Source of the DNA: a virus
Lineage: Duplodnaviria; Heunggongvirae; Uroviricota; Caudoviricetes
Length of the DNA: 64,000 bases
Virus record (IMG/VR): IMGVR_UViG_3300010348_000547
Coordinates: 64,566-128,565 of that record
Reading direction: 5' to 3' (one strand)
Of this stretch, positions 55,656 to 64,000 are shown piece after piece. The position numbers were made by a program, and so were the translations under genes. Under the pieces are notes generated by a model, which did no database searches, had not been told where the DNA came from, and saw only the letters and a program-made list of their open reading frames with translations. Within the stretch, counting starts at the first letter, position 1. Each line of letters begins with the position of its first letter.

Positions 55656-55730
55656 GCACCTTTAGCTCAGTTCGGTCAGAGCAGCTCACTCATAATGAGA
55701 AGGTCGTTGGTTCAAGTCCAATAAGGTGCA
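55656..55730 (+). tRNA. tRNA-Met (CAT), elongator-type
   Basis: GCACCTT/AAGGTGC, anticodon loop CTCATAA, no 3xG-C initiator signature. Confidence 0.7.
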
Positions 55731-55740
55731 CAAAATATTT

Positions 55741-55814
55741 GGCGGGGTAGAGCAGTCGGCTAGCTCGTGAGACTCATAACCTCAAGGTCACTGGTTCGAA
55801 TCCAGTCCCCGCTA
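55741..55814 (+). tRNA. tRNA with CAT anticodon, second copy (Met, or Ile2 if lysidinylated; fMet unlikely)
   Basis: GGCGGGG/CCCCGCT, anticodon loop CTCATAA, T-arm ACTGG-TTCGAAT-CCAGT. Confidence 0.65.
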
Positions 55815-55879
55815 CTAGAGTGCTAATGACGCCTGACAAAGGAGGGGATATATAACGCAGGTCTCCCGACACTCAACTT

Positions 55880-55951
55880 GTTCCTGTCTTCTAGGGGTTA
55901 GGATATTGCCCTTTCACGGCAATGACACGGGTTCGAATCCCGTCAGGAATA
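55880..55951 (+). tRNA. tRNA-Glu (TTC)
   Basis: GTTCCTG/CAGGAAT, Glu-type D-arm TTC-TAGGGGTTAG-GAT, anticodon arm TTGCC-CTTTCAC-GGCAA. Confidence 0.7.
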
Positions 55952-55956
55952 CATAA

Positions 55957-56029
55957 GCCAAAGTAGCTCAGCTGGTAGAGCTCCTGATTTGTAATCAGAT
56001 GGTCGTAGGTTCGAACCCTATCTTTGGCT
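55957..56029 (+). tRNA. tRNA-Thr (TGT)
   Basis: GCCAAAG/CTTTGGC, anticodon loop TTTGTAA, canonical D-arm. Confidence 0.75.
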
Positions 56030-56031
56030 CT

Positions 56032-56106
56032 GTGTTAGTAGCATATTCGGTTAATGTATCAGATTGTGGATCTGAGGAACAGGGTTCGATTCCCGCTAAC
56101 ACCCCA
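56032..56106 (+). tRNA. tRNA-His (GTG), CCA encoded, weak T-stem
   Basis: GTGTTAG/CTAACAC-C-CCA, anticodon arm TCAGA-TTGTGGA-TCTGA. Only a 3-bp T-stem and no encoded G-1. Confidence 0.55.
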
Positions 56107-56109
56107 ATT

Positions 56110-56183
56110 GGTTTCGTAGCTCAACTGGATAGAGCGTTACACTACGGATGTAAAGGTTCGGGGTTCGACTCCCTGTGAGACCA
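56110..56183 (+). tRNA. tRNA-Arg (ACG)
   Basis: Anticodon arm TTACA-CTACGGA-TGTAA, T-arm CGGGG-TTCGACT-CCCTG. Confidence 0.7.
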
Positions 56184-56191
56184 CTTCTTAT

Positions 56192-56264
56192 TGTCCTGTA
56201 GATTAACTGGCAAATCGTCTGATTTTGGATCAGAAGACTCCTGGTTCGAACCCAGGCGGGACAA
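56192..56264 (+). tRNA. tRNA-Gln (TTG)
   Basis: U1:A72-type acceptor TGTCCTG/CGGGACA, D-arm GATT-AACTGGCA-AATC, anticodon arm TCTGA-TTTTGGA-TCAGA. Confidence 0.7.
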
Positions 56265-56333
56265 CTTTCTTTTACAAGTTCTTGCATATTTGAATTGTTT
56301 TCTGTATATTGATTAAAAGATATTGACAGCATC

Positions 56334-57695
56334 ATGGATATAGAAAACATACAAGCATTAATTGCTCAGGGCAAGATTGTAACACTTGCAGACATTGACC
56401 CTTCACAATCTTATGTAGGAATCGGTGTGTATCAAGCAGGAAACAGAAAAAGAGGTAGTGCTAACAATAGTTACCCTACTTATGTAATTCCTGTTTCTGA
56501 ATTAGGAGGAACTCCTCCGGCACCTTATGTGTACATTACTCCAAACATTTTATATGTTGATAATGTTCAGGGGAATGATGCAACTGCTCAGATTGGATAT
56601 CCAAACAAGCCTTACCAAACGTTAGATGCTGCAACAATTGCAGCTAGTGCAGGTGACTTAGTTTTAGCTCGTAGAGGTACCTACAATGTTTCAGTATCTT
56701 TTAAGCCAGGAGTTAATTATGACCTAGGTGTTTCAACTGTATCAATTGGATACATGGTAAACAATGACTGGGGTTCTGGTTATTTCAATGTATATGGAAA
56801 TGCAGACTTCTTAGTATATGGAGGTCTTGTAAACAGCTGTATAAATAGTACAGTGTATATTGAGTGCAACTCAGTTATGTACTGGGCTGAACCGGTTGGT
56901 GGTATCATCACAAATTCTGAAATCACAATCAAGGTTACTGAACAAATGCAAGGAATGGCTCAATATGCCTTCTTATCATACTTAGACGGTAGCTCAACAA
57001 ACGTAATTGTAAACTTTACAGCTGACCGCTATAATTTCCCAAGAGGTGTTATTAGCTGGTTCAACGGAAATAATCCGATTACATTCAACCTTTATGGTCG
57101 TGAAATGACTCACACGGGTCCTGATGGATTTGCTTCTTTAGCATGGCCTTTAGGTGATGGTATGACTATGAACTTCTATGTTGAACATATCATCATAAAT
57201 GCTGTTGGTGCCAACGCATTCTTCCCATGGTACGGTAAATTAAATGTGTATTCAAAAATCACATGTAATACGGATACGTCATGGATTATGGCAGACGGTG
57301 GTGAATCTACCTTCTTTGGAGATATTGAAGCTCCTTTAGGTCTCTTATATGTAAGAGGTACTGGAGGAAAAGTTAACCTACGCCAAGCTAATTATAACAG
57401 TGGTCGTAACGGTTATGCAGCTTTAGTTAATGGAAAATTGACTATTCAAAATGGAACTGTTAAAAACATGTATGCTGCATTAGGTGCTCCCGCTATTATT
57501 CAGGTAAATAACGCAGCTGCATCATTAATATTGACAAACACTAAAATCATTGGAGACGCGGGTCGTTCTCCTATTACTGATGTAACAGCCGGTTCCGCTT
57601 TAGTTCAAGCTTACGGTTCGAATTATTCAGTAGGTGTACCAGTAGGTATCACACCTGTTCCAGAAACAATTACTCAATTTGCAGCATTACAATAA
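56334..57695 (+). CDS. tail fibre or tailspike-like structural protein (453 aa, beta-helix-like composition)
   Basis: First gene after the tRNA array. Asn/Gly/Tyr/Val-rich repetitive beta-strand composition. Confidence 0.45.
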   Translation: MDIENIQALIAQGKIVTLADIDPSQSYVGIGVYQAGNRKRGSANNSYPTYVIPVSELGGTPPAPYVYITPNILYVDNVQGNDATAQIGYPNKPYQTLDAATIAASAGDLVLARRGTYNVSVSFKPGVNYDLGVSTVSIGYMVNNDWGSGYFNVYGNADFLVYGGLVNSCINSTVYIECNSVMYWAEPVGGIITNSEITIKVTEQMQGMAQYAFLSYLDGSSTNVIVNFTADRYNFPRGVISWFNGNNPITFNLYGREMTHTGPDGFASLAWPLGDGMTMNFYVEHIIINAVGANAFFPWYGKLNVYSKITCNTDTSWIMADGGESTFFGDIEAPLGLLYVRGTGGKVNLRQANYNSGRNGYAALVNGKLTIQNGTVKNMYAALGAPAIIQVNNAAASLILTNTKIIGDAGRSPITDVTAGSALVQAYGSNYSVGVPVGITPVPETITQFAALQ

Positions 57696-57706
57696 ACCCC
57701 TAAGAT

Positions 57707-57922
57707 ATGAGCGCAATAACAATGAATAAAAAAACTACAGCTGATATCTCAGCTGAGAGACTTGACTTCAGTACGTTTCAAAAAGTACCTGAAGTAATTC
57801 CTGCTAATTCAGAACTTACATTTACAGGTAAACCTGCACCAGACAAGGTAAAGGTTATTGTAAAAGGTTTAAACCACATTTACAGTATTTCTGAAACAGA
57901 TTGGGAACAAAAAGCACAGTAA
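57707..57922 (+). CDS. hypothetical protein (71 aa)
   Basis: ORF inside the structural operon. Confidence 0.4.
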   Translation: MSAITMNKKTTADISAERLDFSTFQKVPEVIPANSELTFTGKPAPDKVKVIVKGLNHIYSISETDWEQKAQ

Positions 57923-57943
57923 CACAACTTAATATAAAACAAG

Positions 57944-58615
57944 ATGAGTGTAGGTAATTTAAAAACTAACGGGAACAAAGGAAACAACTTCCCATTCCAA
58001 CTAGGAGCATTACAGCTATTAGGTTTAATAGAAGCTGGCATAACAGGTTTAGTTCCTCCAGGTGGTTTAGCCACTGAAGCAACAGCTTTATCGATTTTAG
58101 CTGCAATTCAAAATGGAAGAGATTTTGAACAAAACTTAGTAATAGATACGGGTGGTGTAGGTTGTCCTGCAAACTGTCCAACTTATTCTGAAATCAGAAT
58201 TTGGAATGGAACTAGTTTTGATCCTCCTGTTTACTATAATGCAGCAGGTGCTGTTGTAGTTCCAGTTGGTCCATTGGAATATGTGAATCCTCAATTCACG
58301 TTAGAAGATATTTTGCAACAATTGGTTGCAGCAAATGCATTACTTACCACAATCGATGGTGATACATCTACGTTAAGTGCGCCTCAAACAGGTTTACCTC
58401 CAGTAATGATTAGATCAAGTGCTGCAGGTACGGTTGCTGCTGGAAAGCGTAGTATAGCTTTCTTTAATGCAGGTAATGCCGACGCCACTGTAACAGGTGC
58501 TGTTTTAAAGCCAGGTGAAACTGTATCTTTTTCAGCAGATGGTTTACGTGATACGTTAGCTGCTGCATCATATGATGGAACAGGAACTGATTTATTAATT
58601 ACAACTGTAGGATAA
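57944..58615 (+). CDS. structural protein (223 aa), possibly fibre-associated
   Basis: ORF whose stop overlaps the next start (ATGA). Confidence 0.45.
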   Translation: MSVGNLKTNGNKGNNFPFQLGALQLLGLIEAGITGLVPPGGLATEATALSILAAIQNGRDFEQNLVIDTGGVGCPANCPTYSEIRIWNGTSFDPPVYYNAAGAVVVPVGPLEYVNPQFTLEDILQQLVAANALLTTIDGDTSTLSAPQTGLPPVMIRSSAAGTVAAGKRSIAFFNAGNADATVTGAVLKPGETVSFSADGLRDTLAAASYDGTGTDLLITTVG

Positions 58616-58616
58616 C

Positions 58617-60863
58617 ATGAGCACAGAAATAAAAAGAACATTACCTAATGATGAGTACCAAGCTGCTATAAATTCAAGCAGTCCATCAAGTACTAATCCA
58701 TTTGCGACAGAAGCAATTACTGATGCATTACAAGTGCAAATTAATGCAATTACTCCAGGTAATGTATTAATTTCTGGAGGAGTAGTTTGGTCAGGAACAG
58801 GTTTTACGTATGACGTATCTGCACTTGAATATAAGATTCAAGGTGTGACTTATACAACTTTACCTACATCTGTTACATTAAGTGCGGCTGACCCATCAAA
58901 TCCACGTATCGATGTTATTTACGCAGATGACACCGGTGCTGTTGGTGTATTAACAGGAACACCGTCAGGCTCTCCTGTAAAACCAAGCATTGATACTGCA
59001 ACTCAGATTGAGCTTACATTTGTAGCAGTACCTGCCGGTTCAACTACACCTGTGATTTCTACAGTACTGATTTATAATGAAAACATTGGTGCTCCAGGAG
59101 AATGGAATACGTCATCAGATGATGTTAACGTAAACTTTAACTCAACACTTGACCCATACTCAGGTGTAAAATCTGTAAACACACAATTACCATTAGGTAT
59201 TAACCGTGAGATTATTTTCACAAGAGGTACACCATATCCAGTAAATGGTGGTGTATTAAGCTTCCGTATTAAAGCTAAGAATGCAATGAACACGGCAGGT
59301 GGTCGTGTGTATGTAGGTTTCTTTAATGGAGCTACCTTACAAGGAAATGCAGTGTATATTGGTGGTAGTAATGCAACCATTTACGGATTCAATCCTAACA
59401 ATACAACATCTTACCAATTAGTGAGCATTCCTATGAGTGCCTTTGGTGTATTACCAGCTACGGTAGGTGCTTTACGTTTATACAGATTAACCGGTACATC
59501 TACCGCAAACTTCTTTTTAGATTTAGTTCAAATCCAAGAAGGTGTAGTAACTGTGCCATCAGCTGCTCCTGGACACGTTATCTATGAAGAAACGACTCAA
59601 CTTGCACAAAGAACTAAACTGTCTTTTGTAGGGGCAGGTGTAACAGCTTCAGATGATCCAGGTAATGACCGTACAATAGTTACAATTCCAGGTGGAGTAA
59701 ACTCTCTTGGTTCCATTGTAGGTGATTATAAAGTGGATACAGCTGTAGGAGGTAATCCTGCTCCAGGTTATATTCGTTATAACAATGCTACACAAACTGC
59801 AGCTACTGTTATTACTATTGACCACTTAACTGATAACGGTATTGATATTGACATATTATTAGCCTTAATAACATCAGGCTCTTCTTTGATAATTCAAGAC
59901 AAAGATGATTCTGCAAACTATCAGATATTCACTATCACAGGTCCTCCTGTTGAAACTGTAGTAAATGATTACTGGAGTATTCCAGTAGCCATCAATACAA
60001 GTGGTGGTTTAGGAACAACTAACTTTGCGAACAACCAATCAATCATTGTAGCTAATTTTGCTGCAGCACAACCTATTACTATTTCAGGTGAGGCGAGTGG
60101 TTCAGGAACTACAGCTATTGCATTAACTTTATCAAACGCAGCTGTAATATCAAAAGTACTTACAGGTTACGTTAGTGGTGCAGGGGTTATTACAGCTACC
60201 GATACCATTTTACAAGCTATTCAAAAACTGAACGGAAACATAGGTTCTTTAGTAACAGGTGTTAGTTCTGTATATGGTAGAACAGGCGTTGTTACAGCTC
60301 AAAGTGGAGATTACAATACTTCACAAGTTACAGAAAATACAAACTTGTATTTCACTAATGCAAGAGTTCTTGCAGCAGTGTTAACCGGGTATGTATCTGG
60401 TTCAGGTGTAATCAGTGCTACAGACACTGTTCTACAAGCTATTCAAAAGTTAAACGGTAATGTAGCTTTAAAACAAGATGCATTAACATTAACTACAACA
60501 GGTACAAGTGGACCAGCTACATTAGTAGGTAGTACGTTAAACATTCCACAATACTCAGGAGGTGGAGGTGGTTCATCTTGGACTGTTACAACTCAAAGTG
60601 GAGCAAGTTATACTGCAGCTAATAATGATTTTGTATTAATCAATGCAGCTACACAAACCGTAACATTACCTGCAGCTACTGCTAATGCAAGAGTAGGGGT
60701 GAAAATGATTAACGCGACTGTTACAAATATTCAAGTTAAAACAGCTTCGGCAGGTGTAACAATTGACGGAGTTGATAGAAGCGCAACAGGTTTACCTATT
60801 TACAATCAGTGGGATTCATTGACTTTTATAGCAGACGGTACTAACTGGTTTATTCAATCTTAA
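58617..60863 (+). CDS. tail fibre protein (748 aa) with an internal tandem repeat
   Basis: Thr/Ser/Gly/Val-rich. Repeated block LTGYVSG(A/S)GVI(T/S)ATDT(I/V)LQAIQKLNGN at about 60150-60240 and again at about 60380-60470. Confidence 0.55.
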   Translation: MSTEIKRTLPNDEYQAAINSSSPSSTNPFATEAITDALQVQINAITPGNVLISGGVVWSGTGFTYDVSALEYKIQGVTYTTLPTSVTLSAADPSNPRIDVIYADDTGAVGVLTGTPSGSPVKPSIDTATQIELTFVAVPAGSTTPVISTVLIYNENIGAPGEWNTSSDDVNVNFNSTLDPYSGVKSVNTQLPLGINREIIFTRGTPYPVNGGVLSFRIKAKNAMNTAGGRVYVGFFNGATLQGNAVYIGGSNATIYGFNPNNTTSYQLVSIPMSAFGVLPATVGALRLYRLTGTSTANFFLDLVQIQEGVVTVPSAAPGHVIYEETTQLAQRTKLSFVGAGVTASDDPGNDRTIVTIPGGVNSLGSIVGDYKVDTAVGGNPAPGYIRYNNATQTAATVITIDHLTDNGIDIDILLALITSGSSLIIQDKDDSANYQIFTITGPPVETVVNDYWSIPVAINTSGGLGTTNFANNQSIIVANFAAAQPITISGEASGSGTTAIALTLSNAAVISKVLTGYVSGAGVITATDTILQAIQKLNGNIGSLVTGVSSVYGRTGVVTAQSGDYNTSQVTENTNLYFTNARVLAAVLTGYVSGSGVISATDTVLQAIQKLNGNVALKQDALTLTTTGTSGPATLVGSTLNIPQYSGGGGGSSWTVTTQSGASYTAANNDFVLINAATQTVTLPAATANARVGVKMINATVTNIQVKTASAGVTIDGVDRSATGLPIYNQWDSLTFIADGTNWFIQS

Positions 60864-60868
60864 TCACT

Positions 60869-61384
60869 ATGCCATATATAGGAAATAGAGGAAAATACAC
60901 ATATGGTTTAAAGACCATTGCCCAGATTGATGCCTTAACTGGTATGCAAGCTGGCGATACCGTTTATGACACTACCAATAATAAACCTACTCGTTATACA
61001 GGAACTGTTTGGACAAATGCCGATTGTGTAGTATTGACAAACAGAACCGGTGCAACACTTGTTAGAGGTGATGTAGTGGTAGTATCAACTAACGCAAATG
61101 CTGTAGCACGAACCATTACATCAGGTAATCCATTAGTGGTAGGACCTGTACTTTATGGAGGTGCTGACTTAGCAGAAGTTGCTGTAGCTATTTCTGGAAT
61201 TTATGATGTAAACTTAACAGCTGCAGGAACTGCACGAGATGGTGTTATAACAGGTACTACTTTAGGTAGAGGTACAGGTACTAACAACTTTGCTCAAGAT
61301 GGAGTTTTTGCAAGTATCCTGGTAACAGGAGGCGCTGCCGGATTACATAGATGTTTTATTAGACCACACCCTGAATACTGGTAA
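60869..61384 (+). CDS. fibre-tip or receptor-binding-like protein, paralogue 1
   Basis: Conserved N-terminus (GxKTxAQIxALTGMxxGDTVxDT...TGTVWTN) shared with the next two genes. Confidence 0.5.
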   Translation: MPYIGNRGKYTYGLKTIAQIDALTGMQAGDTVYDTTNNKPTRYTGTVWTNADCVVLTNRTGATLVRGDVVVVSTNANAVARTITSGNPLVVGPVLYGGADLAEVAVAISGIYDVNLTAAGTARDGVITGTTLGRGTGTNNFAQDGVFASILVTGGAAGLHRCFIRPHPEYW

Positions 61385-61388
61385 AATT

Positions 61389-61913
61389 ATGAGTTACTTT
61401 AGTGAAAGATTTACATATGGACGTAAGACTACTGCTCAAATTGCAGCTTTAACTGGTATGCAACAAGGTGATACAGTTTGGAATACGACCATTAAAAAAA
61501 GAGAATATTATACAGGTACAGTTTGGACTAATGACGATTGTGTCATTCTTACAAACGGTGAAGGCTCCGCTGTAGGTGAAGGAAAGCTTATGTATTTAAG
61601 TGCTGCAAATACAGTGATGTTAGCAGATAACGTTGACAATGACTTCTTTATTGGAGTTGTTTTCAGAGGTGCAGCAGCAGGGGGTGAATTAGTTATTGCA
61701 ACTAAAGGTGTTTACAAAATTGAGTTTAACCCATCTAGTTTACCTACTATAGGTAACTTTGCAAACCTTTCAGCTAATGCTAATGTTGGGTATGCGAATG
61801 TGAATACAACAGGAACTGTAAACAGCATAGCTGTAGTAGCAGAAAATTATTCAGGAGGACTTCCTGTAGACAAATTAGTTAGATGTTGGTTACACGATCA
61901 TGACAGTTTTTAA
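61389..61913 (+). CDS. fibre-tip or receptor-binding-like protein, paralogue 2
   Basis: Same N-terminal module with a divergent C-terminus. Confidence 0.5.
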   Translation: MSYFSERFTYGRKTTAQIAALTGMQQGDTVWNTTIKKREYYTGTVWTNDDCVILTNGEGSAVGEGKLMYLSAANTVMLADNVDNDFFIGVVFRGAAAGGELVIATKGVYKIEFNPSSLPTIGNFANLSANANVGYANVNTTGTVNSIAVVAENYSGGLPVDKLVRCWLHDHDSF

Positions 61914-61915
61914 TT

Positions 61916-62458
61916 ATGGCACTATTAACTAGAGGAGGTACAACCTTCGGAAATAGAACAACCGCTCAGATTGATGCTTTAACAGGCATGGCTGAAGGTG
62001 ACACTGTGTTTGATACCTCATTAAAAAGATACAGAGTATATGACGGTCTTGGTTGGGCCGGTGATAATATCATTGTGCAAAAAATAAGTACAGGATTAGC
62101 TTCTGCTGCACAAGGGAATCTTATTCGACCAAGTTCTGTAGCTAACAATGAAATCGGTTTACCAAGCGTTGCTTCAGGTAATCTTAAACTTATTACGGCT
62201 ACATCTGTTTCTACAGTAACTAAAGCACAAAACGAATATTGTCCTGTAAGTTATTTAGGCGTTCAACCTGCGAAGTATGACGGTGTAGGTGCTTCTGTAG
62301 ACCCAACTGAATATGTTCAGATGTCAACAGGTGTAGCGGGTCAATTTACCGAAACTACTTTAGGTTCTGGTACGGCAGTATTCGGAGTCGCTCTTGAAAC
62401 AAGCAACGTAGCAGGCGCATTAGTAAACATTATTTTTAGATCAACAGAAAAAGCTTAA
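61916..62458 (+). CDS. fibre-tip or receptor-binding-like protein, paralogue 3
   Basis: Same N-terminal module with a divergent C-terminus. Confidence 0.5.
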   Translation: MALLTRGGTTFGNRTTAQIDALTGMAEGDTVFDTSLKRYRVYDGLGWAGDNIIVQKISTGLASAAQGNLIRPSSVANNEIGLPSVASGNLKLITATSVSTVTKAQNEYCPVSYLGVQPAKYDGVGASVDPTEYVQMSTGVAGQFTETTLGSGTAVFGVALETSNVAGALVNIIFRSTEKA

Positions 62459-62464
62459 TAGATT

Positions 62465-62707
62465 ATGGCACACAAGTATTATGCATATGCAAGACATATG
62501 GACGGAAGTCAAGAAATTGTAACTCTTAAATGGGTTGAAGTTACACAAGATCCAACATATCCATGCAGTGATGGTGGGTTCTCGAAACCCGTAAGTCAAT
62601 TGGATGCAAATGAACAAGCACATCTTGATGAATTTCTTACAAGTGGTCAAACCCTAGAAGATGTAAGTAATTTGCCAAAAAATGAAGATGGCATGAACAC
62701 GTTATAG
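62465..62707 (+). CDS. hypothetical protein (80 aa)
   Basis: ORF. Confidence 0.4.
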   Translation: MAHKYYAYARHMDGSQEIVTLKWVEVTQDPTYPCSDGGFSKPVSQLDANEQAHLDEFLTSGQTLEDVSNLPKNEDGMNTL

Positions 62708-62722
62708 TATTAATAATTATAT

Positions 62723-63040
62723 TTGCAAAAGCTATACGTTATGACAACAGAAATATACACCTTCTTACTTGGATTGTCTGGTTCAATCATCATCCTCCTA
62801 TTTGCAATAATAGGCTACTTCTTAAAAATTGTGCACGCTGATGCTAAAAAATCTGTTGAGGAGGCCGGAAAGAACAAAGGAAAAATTGAGTTATTAGAGC
62901 TTCAAATCAACAGCGACGTTAAACGTCTTGAACAAACTACACAGCTAGAGCTAAGGAATCTTGCTGATTCTGTTGGAAAGTTGTCATACAGTGTAGAACA
63001 GTTAGTAAAGATGAAATTCACAGATACACATAAATCTTAA
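62723..63040 (+). CDS. single-pass membrane protein with a coiled coil (holin or spanin-like candidate)
   Basis: N-terminal TM segment FLLGLSGSIIILLFAIIGYFL followed by a charged coiled region. Confidence 0.35.
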   Translation: MQKLYVMTTEIYTFLLGLSGSIIILLFAIIGYFLKIVHADAKKSVEEAGKNKGKIELLELQINSDVKRLEQTTQLELRNLADSVGKLSYSVEQLVKMKFTDTHKS

Positions 63041-63124
63041 TGCATACAGCCAGATCTTAAAGTCTGGCTTTTAAATTTGCATATCTCCTCTAAAATCTGT
63101 ATATTATATCATTATACAGAGCTC

Positions 63125-63808
63125 ATGGCAGCACAAGATAAATTAACCCCTACAGCTATTACGTTAGCTAACAACCTAAATGGAACAAGGCTTTCAACAG
63201 GTGCAACTTTCAAGATGCCCTCAAAAGCTAAGTCTAAATGGGATAACCCGTTCATGGATGTAGTTAAGTTCTTTGCAAGCATTTATGCTAAGCAGAACAA
63301 AATTGCAACAGGGGATATGTCCTGGAATCATAAACTTGACGACAATCAACCGTTACAAGATGCATTTGCACTTGACCAAAATCTTGCTCAACTTACTCTC
63401 GGAAACGTGGTTGCTATTACAGAAGCTGAATGGAACGAATTTCAAACAGCTATCAGTCGTTGCTATAATATAATCAAATGGCTTCCACCGGTTGCTTCAT
63501 TACCTTATACAGCAACTGAAATGACAAACTTATATAGTTTAGCAGGGATTGGTTACGACACTACTAACAAGATTTATGGTGCGGATGGTGAACTCCTTTA
63601 CAGTGGTGCATCTAAGGCAGCTCCTGACTATACATGGCATGCTAAGTGGAACGAACTTAAGGTACCTTATGACAAGGTGCTTAAAGTAGATACTCCGTAT
63701 GTTGCACCAATAGCGCCATCTGGAGTTAATCCGAATTCAAATTATTACCGCTTTACAGGTAATCGTAGATGGTTCTTTGACCAATCCATGATTGAGATTG
63801 GCTTATAA
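63125..63808 (+). CDS. hypothetical structural protein (start at the internal ATG)
   Basis: ORF. A strong terminator follows. Confidence 0.45.
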   Translation: MAAQDKLTPTAITLANNLNGTRLSTGATFKMPSKAKSKWDNPFMDVVKFFASIYAKQNKIATGDMSWNHKLDDNQPLQDAFALDQNLAQLTLGNVVAITEAEWNEFQTAISRCYNIIKWLPPVASLPYTATEMTNLYSLAGIGYDTTNKIYGADGELLYSGASKAAPDYTWHAKWNELKVPYDKVLKVDTPYVAPIAPSGVNPNSNYYRFTGNRRWFFDQSMIEIGL

Positions 63809-63813
63809 TTAAT

Positions 63814-63841
63814 GCCCTGATTCGTCAGGGCTTTTTTTTTC
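63814..63841 (+). terminator. rho-independent terminator
   Basis: GCCCTGA-ttcg-TCAGGGC followed by T9-10. Confidence 0.7.
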
Positions 63842-63913
63842 TCCTAGCTGTTAATAAATTTGTAAAGTTTAAATTTTTTGCATTATATTTGTCTGTAACT
63901 AAAAACTCATATC

Positions 63914-64000
63914 ATGTCAGAAACAACCAACAACACTCCAGAGAGTACTACTGAAGAAAGAGTACCTACGGCTGCCGAGATGGAAGCATACCGTAAAAAC
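63914..64000 (+). CDS. 5' end of an ORF that runs off the window
   Basis: ATG at 63914. TATATTTG sits about 20 nt upstream and the frame stays open to the window end. Confidence 0.35.
   Translation, partial: MSETTNNTPESTTEERVPTAAEMEAYRKN

Noticed and set aside
53561-56350. Several ORFs of 60-108 aa on both strands within the tRNA array (for example 53649-53975, 54137-54448, 54272-54523, 54601-54867, 55161-55418, 55473-55655, 56096-56350).
   Set aside because: All overlap tRNA genes. The open frames are a by-product of the GC-rich tRNA sequence.

Overview
This window looks like part of a large, gene-dense, apparently virulent phage genome. The promoter signals suggest a Bacteroidetes-type host; that is inference only. 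From about 1.0 to 41.8 kb almost every gene is on the minus strand. This block is a replication, recombination and nucleotide-metabolism module: family-B DNA polymerase, TOPRIM primase, DnaB-like helicase, Dda-like and SF2 helicases, RuvC-like resolvase, ATP-dependent DNA ligase, uracil-DNA glycosylase, MazG-like pyrophosphatase, PD-(D/E)XK nuclease, an Endonuclease-VII/HNH protein, an AAA+ ATPase with a VWA/metallopeptidase-like partner, an SPFH protein and a VWA protein that may be TROVE/Ro60-like. Coordinates 41.85-43.75 kb are a roughly 1.9 kb ORF-free island. It holds duplicated structured elements and two minus-strand tRNA-like RNAs carrying homologous insertions. Coordinates 43.7-52.7 kb are an accessory region with two more HNH genes, long structured intergenic stretches and an array of small minus-strand cassette genes that each follow a conserved 25-nt motif. 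Coordinates 53.6-56.3 kb carry a plus-strand array of about 24 tRNA genes covering 19 amino acids, interrupted by pseudo, permuted and structured elements. From 56.3 kb to the end, plus-strand genes encode tail-fibre-like structural proteins, including three tandem paralogues and a membrane protein. I found no CRISPR array, integrase or rRNA. Protein calls rest on motifs I can read in the translations, and every family assignment should be confirmed by HMM or BLAST searches.
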